A DNA stretch of 64,000 nucleotides from Podarcis cretensis. Its lineage: Eukaryota. Below, in pieces: positions 50,631-63,233 of this stretch; positions within the stretch are counted from its first letter, which is position 1; the number at the start of each line of letters is the position of its first letter. The translations under genes were made by a program, and so were the position numbers. Where the stretch lies: assembly GCA_951804945.1 (NCBI GenBank), contig OX638162.1:37944001-38008000 (forward strand), given 5' to 3'. The notes under the pieces are model-generated. The model did no database searches, was not told the DNA's origin, and saw nothing but the letters and a program-made list of their open reading frames with translations.

Positions 50631-53510
50631 CAAGTTGGTGCTGGGGAGTGTCTCCTCCAGCCACGCCTGCCCACTTGCTGATGTACAGATGTTTACACAC
50701 ACGTAACCCATTCCACTGGGGTCGCTCCTGACGTTCCTCTGTGTCTCTGGCAACAGTGCCTACAGGATTGGCATGGGGCTTGTGGGCTGACGTGAGGTTG
50801 GCAGGATCCCACATGGCAAGGGGGTGCTGAGCCAGCCTTCCCAGAATGCAGTAGGTGTGCCCCTCGCCCTGCTCTGAGGGGCAACTGCATGGCTGCCTCA
50901 AGGGAATGACTCTCTTCCTCCTGCGAGGGAGGAGATGGGACTCTGTGCTGCAACTTTAACCTTGGGCTCCCAAGTGGATTGCTGGTGCTACAGTGAACAT
51001 GACTCTTTTTTTTAAAAAAAGGGGGTGAGGAGGCAGGAATTATAGCAACTTCAACCCAGATGGAGTTCTGCCTTTACCCAACAGAAATACCATGATTGGC
51101 TGGGGATCCTTAGAAAGCAGACTGCTTGACATTTTCACTTATTTATAAATATAAAGAGATTCTCACTACTTTTTTCTTCTTCTTAGTTCTCCTCCATTCC
51201 TGCCTTTTTTTTTTTTAAGAGAAGGACATCAGGGGGGAAATGTTGTGCCGCCTTGTAAATAGAAGTACTGAGCCTTGAACCCTAGGGCTAATTGAAGTAG
51301 GAGGGGGGTTGATGGGGGTCAAGGAGCAAAATGATCAAACACTCTGAGAATTGTATAAGACTCACAGGGTTGCTGTCATTTTTTTTTTTTAATTCTGTTT
51401 GTGAAAGGAGGTAGGGATTTGTTCCTCCCTTTTCTTTTTGACTTAAATTTTCCAGACATTCCTGGTAACAAGTGCATGGCTTAAATGGACAGCAAGGGCA
51501 GGGTTTTGAATCACACTGCTGTGTTTGTGGGAATGGGGTGGGGGGGAGAGAATGAGGGTGGGGGAGTCCTGACTACATCTGGAATTGGTTAATGACTGAT
51601 CAAGCCATCCCTGCCTCCCAGGAGGCTTAAGGCAAAAGGTTAGACTGTACCAAATCTCAAAAAGATCATGGCTGGGGGGGGGGGAGACGATCATCAGTAA
51701 ATGCTGCTCTTTTATGGCTGTTCATAATTACTGGGTTGTGTGAGGCATGGGGAGATCTGGGGCTCCTGAACAAAACCTCTCCTGCAGCATGTTGTCTGGC
51801 TGAGCAGAAATCCTCGCATGTTACTGCGCTTTTGCTTTTGTAGTCAGCTGCTTGCTTTTGATGCTCTCTAGCCCTGTGGTGTTGTCAATCCTGTTCATAC
51901 TACAGAGTTGCTCAGGGAGCCCAAACGGTCTTAGAAATCCAGGGCACACCTCCCCACCCATCCCACCCCCGTTAACACCTTTTCACTTTTCAAAAATCAA
52001 TATAGTCACCAGAATTGTACACAGATAGTAAAAGCCTCTCTTATAGCATGCATAAGAGTATTAAGATTGGTGGGGTAAGGTGGAATACTGAGAAACAAAT
52101 TAGTTGCAGCTTCCGTGGCTCTTTCCTTTGTGCACTGCCCTGCTCTCTGTTCACTTAGAGTACCCTGTGCTGCCACAAATGCACATTGGGCTGTTGCTTT
52201 AGCTTTGGCTGGAGTTGAAAGTAAGCTCATTGGATGTTTGGGGAATATCTTCCAGCCTGTCTCAAGCTAAAAGGAGAGGCTGGTTTGATGGGAAATGAAG
52301 CAGAAGTGTGCAGAGGGTGAAGCTACAGTCACCTGTTGGCTTTATTGATAGAGCCTGTGAATTGCATTCTGGAATCTTTGATTTATTCACCTCCTTCACC
52401 ACCTAGTTCCCCCCCCCTCTCTCCCCCCCCCCGCCAAATTTATCTCAATCTATCTCTCCCTGGTGAATGTCTCCACCTAGGTGGCTTTCCTCAATACCAC
52501 CCACCATCCTGCCCAGGACTGGCCACTTAACCTTATTGCAGATTGGAAAGGGTAGTATGATGCTGCTGGTTGTTTGTCATGCAGCTGACTAACCCATTCT
52601 GTTCAGGAACTTTGACAGGAGCCTAGCTGGCAGAGCTGCAGCTTATTGGCTGCTCCAAGATGGCTTGGCACGAGGGGTGAGCCAAGCCCCGCTGCTGGCA
52701 TGAGCTCAAAGAGGGCGGCGGGGACAGGTCAAGGGCAGGGGAAAGCCTTTAGCGGCATCTCATCGGGCTGTGAACAAAGCCAGAGCCAAATCCAGGGCAG
52801 GAGCATGGAAGCTTGGAGATTTACAGGGCATGTCGGCACAGCCACGACCACCTGTTGCCGCTTGCTCTAAATGGAGTGGGAGACAATCACTGACTCAACA
52901 GCCTGGCATTCTGGGGATGTGCAGTGAACAGGTGATCTAGGAGGCAGCCTGGACACAGCCATCTTTCCACCCTTGGTTTTAAAATAGCTACTTCCCAAAA
53001 GAGCTATAGAATGTGCATTGTTTTTCTGAAGAATTGCAGAGAGTGCCCCCCCCATGCACCCACCCCTGCTTGGCAGGCTGTAAATCCTCCTTATTGTGTC
53101 TCCAGCATCTGATATCACTTGTACATAATCTGCTGGGACAGGGTGGCCATGGAGCTTTTCTTACCAGAGTAGAAGAGTTTAACTACCTGCACTTGTTCTT
53201 TCTTACTTGTACATGCATACTTTTCAGTCTCACCTAAATGCCTGTCTTTAATTTTCCCTTCTTTTTTTTTTTTAATCATGGCAAATTCTGTGGAATGAGA
53301 CTCTTTGGAATGTCTGTCAATCAAAGCTGAACTTGTACCTTATTTTATTAATGTTCAACTCAAAGAATGTGATCTGATATCAAACACTAGAAACTAGCTG
53401 CTCTCCCACACACGTACCATTCCTCTGTTTTTAATTCCTTTGTACAGTAAACGTTGTTAAACTGATGGTTTTTATATAAATTAAAAAAAAATTATCTTGT
53501 TTTAAAACCA
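50631..53510 (+). other. RAB40C: RAB40C 3' UTR (inferred)
   Basis: Sequence after the stop with no transposons I recognise, ending at ATTAAA 53480-53485 with upstream TGTA elements and downstream T-rich sequence. Confidence 0.6.
53480..53485 (+). terminator. Candidate polyadenylation signal ATTAAA (alternative AATAAA at 53903-53908)
   Basis: Hexamer with upstream TGTA motifs (~53335, ~53441) and a downstream T-rich tract. Confidence 0.5.
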
Positions 53511-55545
53511 CCCTGCAGGCTCTGGAAGTTGTCATTGACAAGCAAGTGAGCTCTTTAAAGGGGTGTTGCTGAAGGACAGTGGGAGGGCAGCAGAGAAGTG
53601 GGGGAGGCTGGGCAGGATGGATTTAAGGGGATTAAGGGGGCTTGTGGCTCTGGGATATTCCCAGGAGGAATGGTGGAAAGCACTTTGCTAACTGCCTCAT
53701 TTGAAATGAACAGGCATTTGGCCATGGACTGAAGGCTTGGATCAAAGCGGAATGCTTTCTTCACACTTGCATGACTTGAGAGAATCTCTATTCTGTGCCA
53801 AGGGCATGGATGTTTGCACACCAGCCCATGGATCCCTTCTGGAGTCTTTAACCGTGCTTATTTTAATTTTTTAAAGAAAAGAACTTGTTAGCATTGCAAA
53901 AAAATAAATAGATCTGGCCTTGGTACAATTTGATGGCATTCAGACAATGAAATCCTGGCTTAAGAAGCCAGGATACTTAAACACACCATGTGTCCACTTC
54001 ATATACAGCTCATGTACACTACATATACATGAGCAAGGAAACGAGCCAGGAAGCCACTGTTAACCATGGTTTCCCATTATGTCCAAACCAGGAAACAATG
54101 GTTAATGGCTTCCAATCAAGGGTTTGATGCCATGGTTTAAAATTTGGCTTATGAATCCTGACTTGTTTAGAAAGCAATTATGCACAGTTCCCAGGGTTCA
54201 TGCAATGAAAAGCATGTCTAACTGCAGTTATACACTTTACTCTTTTCCTATGAGTGATGGGGCTGCATGTGTGCTGGTGCACAAAGCTCATGCATTTCCA
54301 TGCATATTAGCATTTGCGCATCTGAAGATTTTACATTACACGTTACATTACAGTAATTGCTCTACGTTGGAAAAAGGCAAGAAAATGCATTTAAAAGCGC
54401 TTAAAAGATTCTTCACTTTTATTATGTGTGCATCCCACCTTCTCTCTGGGAACACAAGGCAGCAATACATGGCATTACAAGTTATTTCCCATTCTGGCCT
54501 GGGCCAGCCCCAGACTGACTTTGTTTCAGCAAGGTCGCTACCTCGTGGACCTTCAGACTGTTGCCTACTCCTTATCAACTGTACCTCTGGAACTAAGTAA
54601 AACACATGTCTGATACAGAGTAGACACTACAAGCCTTCAAAACTACAAACTACAAGCTTTTGATATTGTGGTTTTAAAGCCTCTCTGCCCCCCATTACAA
54701 ATGTGCTTTTCTGCTTCCGGGGAAAGATTCAAGATGATGGGGGGAGGTACACAGAACAGAGTAATATAGCACATTCATTTGAAGCCTTTCAAGATTAAGG
54801 TTTAAATCCACCCAGCATTCCTGCCTATGTAGTTATGTACTGGTTAGAGCCACGGTTACAGCATTCACCCATGAGAGGAAGAAGAATCCAATCCGTAGAT
54901 GTATAGCAGAGTGGCTAAGCCTTAAATTGCGTCCTGTGGAGGCCTGAATCAAGTTCCACTCCACCGCAGACCTCCCCATCATCTATAGCACTGAGCAATA
55001 ACAGCAACCTACCTTTCTGAATTGAACTCCTTTCCACAAGTTTCATGTATGTGAAATAAATGAAAACACTTTTTAAAGAAGCTGAGTATGGGCATGTTTC
55101 CTTCTTGTAATCCACTCTGGAACTTCAAAAAGTGGCCAGGTTATATTCCAGATCTTAAGAAATTAGCCTTCAGTTCTGCACCCATTTTGCTAATTTCTAG
55201 TATGGAGCATATTGGAAATAAAATGACCCAATTTTGTGTGTACTGCTAAATGGTTTAGTGTTACATGCATGAGCCTGGGGCTACTAACAAAGGAGAACAG
55301 GGTGGGTATAAGCCCTGGCTCACTCATGTAGCACTAATACATAGTTTAGCACTGTCTCTAAAATAGCCAAAACAAGCTGCTTAAATTGGCATCCTAGGTT
55401 GCATTCAAGTTTCTCCATACTGCCGTTTGAAAGAGTGCATCAGGGACTGCCTACTCTAAAAAAATGAATATTGATGTATTCTTTCTTTTTTCAGTCTTTC
55501 CAACAGGTATGAAAGCAGCATTTTTTATTTTTCTTCTCACCATGT

Positions 55546-55858
55546 CTGACCCTCCAAGTGTCCCTATTTTCCAGGGGTAGTCCTAGATTTACAGAAGCCA
55601 TCCAGGTTTCTGATTTGATCCCAGAATGTCCCACTTTTCCTTAGGACGTCCCTATTTTCATCAGAGAATTGTTGGGAGGGTATGGAGTTATGCGAACCCC
55701 GAGCCAAGGAGATAAGTAACTATACAACGTTTAAAAGACATATGAAGGCAGCCCTGTATAGGAAAGTTTCTTTAATGTTTAATGGGCAGCACATAAATAA
55801 TAAAATTATTATGGAATAGGATGCCCCTATTTTCACTGGAGAAATGTTGGAGGGTATG
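55546..55858. mobile_element. Non-autonomous TIR DNA transposon with 6-bp TSD
   Basis: ctgaccctccaa...ttggagggtatg; TSD CCATGT at 55540-55545 and 55859-55864; opposite orientation to 8069-8747. Confidence 0.72.
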
Positions 55859-56185
55859 CCATGTAAGCTGGGCTCAAAAGGAGAGCAAGGCAGAGACACT
55901 GTGGTTCGTTCCATTGCTGCTGCACATCAGTGGTACAGCGCATGCCTTAACACAAAACAATTGCCCTAGTAAAATCCATGTAGGGCTGCAGCTCTGGAGA
56001 GCAGCTATCAGTCAGTGTTAGACAACATGGAGCATTGAATTCTGAATTTATTGTTATTCACATTTTATACTGTATCTTAAGCTGTTTTTGTTGCATCAAT
56101 TAAGTGTTTTAAATTTGTTGTTAGCCGCCCTGAGCCCAGTTTTCTGAACCGGGAAGGGCGGGGCATAAATAAAAAATTAGTATTA

Positions 56186-56427
56186 CAGTGGTACCTCGGG
56201 TTAAGTACTTAATTCGTTCCGGAAGTCTGTTCTTAACCTGAAACTGTTCTTAACCTGAAGCACCATTTTAGCTAATGGGGCCTCCTGCCGCCGCCACACC
56301 GCCGGAGCACAATTTCTGTTCTCATCCTGAAGCAAAGGTCTTAACCCAAGGTAATATTTCTGGGTTAGTGGAGTCTGTAACCTGAAGCGTCTGTAACCTG
56401 AAGCGTATGTAACCCGAGGTACCACTG
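56186..56427 (+). mobile_element. Tc1/mariner-superfamily MITE inserted in a LINE-like 3' tail
   Basis: TIR CAGTGGTACCTCGGGTTA, TA TSD; preceded by gccgccctgagccc...gggcataaataaa tail. Confidence 0.85.
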
Positions 56428-56455
56428 TATTATTACTAGATGGAAGGTCTTCAGG

Positions 56456-56696
56456 CAGGGGTCAGCAAACTTTTTCAGGAGGGGGCCGGTCCACTGTCCC
56501 TCAGACCTTGTGGGGGGCTGGACTATATTTTGAAGGGGGGGAAAGAACAAATTCCTATGCCCCACAAAGAACCCAGAGATGCATATTAAATAATAGCACA
56601 CATTCTACTCGTGTAAAAACCCGGACCGTCCGTGGGTCGGATTTAGAAGTCAATTGGGCCGGATCCAGCCCCTGGGCCTTAGTTTCCCTACCCATG
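56456..56696. mobile_element. hAT non-autonomous element
   Basis: caggggtcagcaaact ... agtttccctacccatg ends; TSD TCTTCAGG/TCTTAAGG. Confidence 0.75.
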
Positions 56697-58904
56697 TCTT
56701 AAGGCATTCTCCATTGCTACTAACTTAAGTTGCTCTTCAGTAGTTTTAAGTGGTGGTAAAGGGCAGAATGATAGGGAAGAGTAAGCAAACAAGTGCATTA
56801 ATGCTCCCCTAGCGGCTTCAGGAAGTACCCTGCACACCCTCGCCCCACGGAGCCTAATCAAAGGAGCTGGTGTGATTTCAGGTGGGTTTGGGAAACAAAC
56901 AGTCGGAGCAGATGACGCTCTCCTTGTGCAGGACATTCTGTTTTTTGTACAGATGTCCTCTCTATGTAAGGGGGTGTGGGGAGAGATTTGAAGCAAAACT
57001 TAACCGTTGCATGCCTTGGTCGCCTCTTCCTCCTTCAAGCACTCCTTAACTGCAGCTGCTGAGAATGGGCTTCTGGATATATTTTTTACATTGAAATCCT
57101 CCCAACAAATCGGACAATACAAATGTCTGCTTGATCTGGTTATTTGCAAAGCTCATTTTAAGGGGAGAAACGTGTTCAACTATCCCCAGGCGATTCTTAT
57201 CTTTCAAATGCACCGAGAACCGTTGTACCATTTCTGGTTTTTTTCTTCAAGATCCAAGAAGATGCCCAATGGTGATAGTTTGGGTGTTGCTGGTTTTTGG
57301 GCTGCTTTCAGTTGATCTATAAAATGTATGTGTATAAACTGCAGTGCTTTGCGGGGCTTTTTAAAACAGAGAATCCCTGTCAATTCTGCAAAGAAGCTGT
57401 AGATGTTTCAAAAGCTTACACTGAAAATAAATTGGGTAAGATCTGGCTCATGGAATAATCACTGAATCATGCCTGCTGAACTGTCCTCTGCTCGTAATTT
57501 AGTGCATTATCACGTAATTATACATCATGCTAGTGTGCATTTGCCCCTTGAGAGACAGACTTGTAAAAACAGATCCTGAGTCTGGCCTGGCTGTCACTCA
57601 GGAATACTACAGCCCATAAAATCTCACGGCAGGAGAAATTGCTTCCCTTCTGCCAATTACAGTTTTTGTACTTTTATTCTCTCTCATCACTTGGAGCAAC
57701 TACAGTAGTTAAAAACTGAATTGCTCCTGCATCATCATCATCATTATTATTATTATTATTATTATTATACAAACATCTCTCTTTTTATATACCTACATTT
57801 GAAGGATTTATCTAATGTTCAGCAATGAGTTGACATGTTGTAAGTAAATGACGTCATAGGAAATAGATATAAGGAAAGAATTATATAAATGGGACCCACT
57901 CAGCTGCGGGCTGTTGTCACTCTTACAAAGTTCATTTGAGTGTGGGGCTGGAGGGGGCATTTTTGCCAGCATGAAGCAAGAAAGAGGTATAGGGAGCATG
58001 GATTAGCTGGTTGCCTCTGTCTTCATGATGTATCCTCTCACAAGAGCAATTTTACAGCTAAAAGCCTAAATCCTTGTCTGTCTGTCTGTTTGTTTGTTTG
58101 TTTGTTTGCAATGGGTCACAGACTGATCCTGAAGTGGCAAAAAAGGGAGGGATGGCTCCTGTTTTAATATTAAGCACCATTTAAACATTATTTAATGCAT
58201 GCTATTATTATTTTGCAATAGCAGACATGATCATGTTGCATTAGAAGAGACTTGCAATTGAAAAATCGGTGTAAGGTAAAGACAGAAAGAGTAAGAAAAT
58301 GGGAAAACAGGGGTAAATAGGAAAAATATTTTATTATGTCAATTACACTCAGTTTCTGTTCTTGGGTGCTTCCAGACCTGAAGTTTATTGTGGAATCAGT
58401 ACTGCTTACACCCACAAGCTTTTTGCAGTGCCCACACAATGTTGTTGCTGTCAGAATGTCTGCCCATGCTGCTGATCCGCCCCCCTCCCCCAGCTAACCC
58501 AAATTTCTCCTTACTACAGAAAATTCAGTGTGCAAACACCCATTTATACAGCTGAAGTTGTTGGCGGTGTTAGAAGCTTGTTAGCACATTGTGGGGGGAT
58601 TGTTGGGGGCAGTGCCTACTTCCATTTGCTCCCTATCTGAGCATTACTTAGCCATGTTTCCAGTGGCCCCCAATACCCTTATCTGCACTGATTAACACCT
58701 GCCAAAGACACCCCCCCCAATTGTGGAAGATATTCTCTCAAAAACTCTACAAGGTAGAAGTGGGGGAGATGGTAATCACAGTAATCACATTTGTCAAATG
58801 TTAAATCGATACAGACATCTTGCAAAAGGCCTCTGTTACATCTTGCAAAAGGCCTCTGTTGTCACTGCTGCACTATTCTGCACTACCTCAGCATTAAAAC
58901 AATT

Positions 58905-59320
58905 TTAGAAAAAGGGACACGGCAGGGGTGCCCAATATCCCCATTACTTTTTATATCGGTCCTGGAGGTTTTGTTAAATATGATTAGGTGGGACCAGCTG
59001 GTGAAAGGGATTCAGGTCGGAACCAGACATTACAAATTGTGCTAAAATGCTAAGGGAAAGGAAGACGTAGAATTACAGCAGTAAATTTTGTTTGATTTAG
59101 GGTGAAATTGAAAGGGAGAATGAATTTATATTTAATTGGCTAAAAGGGTTGTTGAATAATTGTTAAAAATAAAAGGATGCAAAAAGGGGAAGGTATGGGG
59201 AAGTCCGGGAAAAGAGATTTATGGAAATAAGGTAAAGAAATTATGATTTTTTGTGTTTGTTTTTATGTTGTTTTTGTGTTTGTTAAAAATTGGAAATTAA
59301 TAAAATTTTTATTTAAAAAA
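58905..59320 (+). mobile_element. L1 insertion, 5'-truncated and internally deleted
   Basis: RT motif [23 protein letters not shown], then directly 3' UTR, AATAAA and poly(A); TSD AAAACAATT at 58896-58904 and 59321-59329. Confidence 0.8.
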
Positions 59321-60329
59321 AAAACAATTAAAAAAACCCAAATATCAATGTATACTGTAGCATCCCACCAAAAAACCAACCCACAAGCCTCCATTTTGCC
59401 CCTTGTGATACAGGAAAACTGACTGGATAAGACTGGTAACATTTGTTTATGTGTATTTCATGGGGATTTTAAAATGGTTTAAAAGGTGAGTGTGTGAAGT
59501 ACGGAAATACTATTTTCTATTGTTTGTTTTGCACACAGGTAATTGGGCAGTGGGGGTGTAGGGAGAGAGAATCATGGAAGAGATGTTCAAAAACTGCAAC
59601 CCCAAACCAGCCTACATACATTGTGTCATGCTTTGTTCACAGGTCTGGTCAGCAAGTGGGGGAATAGCAATGCATATTATGCTTGGAACCTGTGGAAACC
59701 TAACATGCAAAATGCATGTGCAGGGGAAAGAATTCATCTGGACCTAAGATTCCTCACCCTTGATCTATAGGAACTATAGGAAGCTGCTATTGGCCCATCT
59801 AGCTCAGTATTGTCTACACTGACTGGCAGCAGCTCTCCCGGCCCTGCCTGGAAGACACCAGAAATTGAATCTGCTACCTTCTGCATGCAAAGCAGTTGCT
59901 CTACCACTGAGCTTACAGCCTTTCCTGCGTACTTCCTTTAAATATATTTTTTCTGCTGAGATTATAATCTTGTGCTCTGAATGTTTGGAGTAAAAGTACA
60001 GGTTTGATCTAACTGAGTGGCTGGGGTATTTATTATTATTACTACTACTACTACTGTCACAGCAGATATGACTGTGCTGCATCTCATTCCCAAGCTCTCC
60101 TGTGGTGCCTTGAATGATGCAGGTGATGTGATGTCAGTAATCCTGAGAGCTTTTCCTGCCCTAAATGCCACCAACAATGGTGGGGGAATCTGGCAGTACA
60201 GTGATTTGCTTGTTTATTTATTTATTTGTATGTTTATAATATGGTGGGGGGGGGCATTTTTGTTTGTTTGTTACGATGCTTTGTGGTTTTTGTTTTTGTG
60301 GACAGAAGTACCAAATATTATATGGGATA

Positions 60330-60820
60330 AGTACAGGCTATGATCTCTCAAGAAACTCTAAAATTACTTTTGATACTTCATCCTGAAGCCATTAGTACTG
60401 ATTTTCAGCTGAGTATCATACTGCTAACAGCAGCAAAATAGTGTATTGCACAAAAATGGAAAAAGAAAGATCCCCCTACCATAGCTGATTGTTTAAGGAA
60501 AACTTGGCAATCTGTGTTAATGATAAAACTTACAAATGAGAGAAACACAATACATAATGATCAAGAAAACAAAATTAATGAGAGGCAGGCCTTGTTTTTA
60601 CATTTCTGGAGTGACAAAGTATATGTCAACATTTTCCCTTTTAATTTATTCATGGTGCTATGGAGTTTTGGTTATGTTGTTCTGCTTTCCTCTTCATATA
60701 CCATTTCTTTGTTTTTTTATTTTCTATTTTTCTTTGTTTGTTTCTGTTGCATGAGAAGCCAGGCTGTTAATGGTTTTTGCTACATATGGTTACAACAATT
60801 TAATATTACTAAAATTTAAA
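60330..60820 (+). mobile_element. Old L1/Tx1-type ORF2 C-terminal + 3' UTR fragment
   Basis: Translates ILLTAAK*CIAQKWKKKDPPTIAD, a typical L1-clade ORF2 end, followed by a T-rich UTR. Confidence 0.55.
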
Positions 60821-61105
60821 AGGAGAGGAGGAGGAAGAGCCCTGCTGGATCAGGCCAAAGTCCCATCTGGTCCTTCATCCTGTTCTCACAGTGGCTGCCC
60901 AGGTGCCTGTCGGAAGCTTGCAAGTGGGACCTGAGTACAAGAGCAATTTCCCCTCCTGCAGTTTCAGCAACTGGTATTCACTGCCTCCAACAGTATTGGT
61001 CTAATACTGTATTTGTCTAATCTCTGCCCCCCACCCACCCAAGAAAGAGTCCTAGCCCCAGTTATATGCATTTTGAGCTGGGCTGTCCCAGACACTGTTG
61101 GGCCT

Positions 61106-61107
<2 letters not shown>

Positions 61108-61139
<32 letters not shown>
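61108..61139. repeat. (GT)n microsatellite
   Basis: Direct observation. Confidence 0.95.
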
Positions 61140-61141
<2 letters not shown>

Positions 61142-61831
61142 ATGTGCTCTCCTTAGCCTCTCTTGTTGTTCCTCTGAGAAAGAGGACAAGCATCCTGGGT
61201 CAAAGGGTCATGGCAGAGGTCGTCGGAGCACCTCTGGATCAAACACCAGAGGCAATAACTTCCTGTGGTTGGTGGGCCCCTTTCTCTCTCTCTCTCTCTC
61301 TCTCCCCCCCACCCCACCCACCTGCCCTGCTCCATTCCTCCAGCACGGCCTGTCTCAGCTCCCTTGATCCTGCGCTCTCGCTTTTGATCTCTGTGGCATG
61401 GGTGTGAGGCATCTAAGGATTGCTTGTGAAACGCAGGCGTGGGGCAGGGGGAGCGTCCAACTGCACTGCTGCTGCTGCTGCTGCTGCTCCTCTGTTAAAA
61501 GGCCCTGTTCCTCCTTTCTCTCTGGACACAATTTCTTCCCTCTGTTTATGAAGTTTTTTACACCGGTGGAAGAGACCACAGGGGAGATTTTGATGGATTG
61601 GAGAGAAGGAAGGTGTTTGATGTGAGCTAGGCTTTGCCTGGGAAATCCTCTTCCCGTCCCCCATTCTATTAATTTGTAACTAATATCACATTTTATACTA
61701 ATTCACATTTTATACTGTATCTTAAGCTGTTTTTTGTTGCATCAATTAAGTGTTTTAAATTTGTTGTTAGCCGCCCTGAGCCCAGTTTTCTGAACTGGGA
61801 AGGGCGGGGCATAAATAAAAATTTAGTATTA

Positions 61832-62073
61832 CAGTGGTACCTCAGGTTAAGTACTTAATTCATTCCAGAGGTCCGTTCTTAACCTGAAACTGTTCTTAAC
61901 CTGAAGCACCATTTTAGCTAATGGGGCCTCCTGCTGCCGCCACGCCGCCGGAGCACAATTTCAGTTCTCATCCTGAAGCAAAGTTCTTAACCCAAGCTAC
62001 TATTTCTGGGTTAGCAGAGTCTGTAACCTTAAACATCTGTAACATTAAGCGTACGTAACCTGAGGTACCACTG
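61832..62073 (+). mobile_element. Tc1/mariner-superfamily MITE
   Basis: TIRs and TA TSD; shares its 5' flank with the 56186 copy. Confidence 0.85.
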
Positions 62074-62336
62074 TATATGGGGCCCATCAGGCTGACACCA
62101 CTCAACTTTGCAAGTCTGCAATTTCAGGTCCTCCTCTCAAATTGCTGTATTTCTCCCTTCCTCCTCCTCCTCCTCCTCCTCTACCCCCCCAGAGCCCAAA
62201 GCAGGTGGTCTCTAAACATGTTCAGAGTGTCTCTCACCACTGAGAAGCTTGATGAAGACAAACGAAGCACCTTTCTCACAAATCTGTGTGGTTTTTTGCT
62301 TAGGGAAGTTCTCAACAGTAATTTTAGTCTGACTTA

Positions 62337-62701
62337 AAGGTAAAGGTAAAGGTACCCCTGCCCGTACGGGCCAGTCTTGACAGACTCTGGGGTTGGTGCG
62401 CCCATCTCACTCAAGAGGCCAGGGGCCAGCGCTGTCCGGAGACACTTCCGGGTCACGTGGCCAGCGTGACAAAGCTGCATCTGGCGAGCCAGCGCAGCAC
62501 ACGGAAACGCCGTTTACCTTCCCGCCAGTAAGCGGTCCCTATTTATCTACTTGCACCCGGGGGTGCTTTCGAACTGCTAGGTTGGCAGGCGCTGGGACCG
62601 AGCAGCGGGAGCGCACCCCGCCGCGGGGATTCGAACCGCCGACCTTCCGATCGGCAAGCCCTAGGCGCTGAGGCTTTTACCCACAGCGCCACCCGCATCC
62701 C
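62337..62701 (-). mobile_element. Sauria SINE, full length
   Basis: (AAAGGT)n tail on the + strand; 15-bp TSD TTTTAGTCTGACTTA at 62322-62336 and 62702-62716. Confidence 0.93.
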
Positions 62702-63229
62702 TTTTAGTCTGACTTACCCATCGCTAATGTATTCAGCTTCCAGCCTGAGAGCTATGATTCTGGCAAAATCCTCCTTTTCTTTGCACTCAGGAGTGCGTGT
62801 GTTTGAAAAACTCTCTTGAGCAGGAATTGGGAACCAATAGCCCGCCAGATGCCGTCACTCCAACTCCCATCAGCCCCAGCCAGCATTGTCAATAGTCAGG
62901 AGCGATGAGAGTTGTGGTCCAAAATACTTGCAGGGCACCAAGTTGGCAAAGGCTGCTTTCTGCTCCCAAAGCCTTCTACTTGGGTTTTACGCTGCCATAG
63001 CTATCTGTAAGTTGTCAGGGACAGATTGAGGGGCAGGCGACTCAGGTGCCCGCCTTGGCTGCCAAACTCGGGGGAATCCTATCAAGGACTCTCTGCTCAA
63101 CTATTTACTCAACAGCTGAAACAAAAATAGTACAAACCTTTGTTTGACCCACAAGGGCAGCATTGCATTAATGCTTTGTGTGTTTTTTGATTCGTGGGAA
63201 AATTTATGATGTGGCTGCCTGCTCGACAA

Positions 63230-63233
<4 letters not shown>

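Noticed and set aside
53182-53188. let-7 target site in the RAB40C 3' UTR
   Set aside because: The sequence is CTACCTG, not CTACCTC; I did not see a full let-7 seed match by eye.
55495-55506. 12-nt microexon-like AG...GT pattern
   Set aside because: It lies downstream of the inferred RAB40C poly(A) site with no host transcript evident; compatible with chance.
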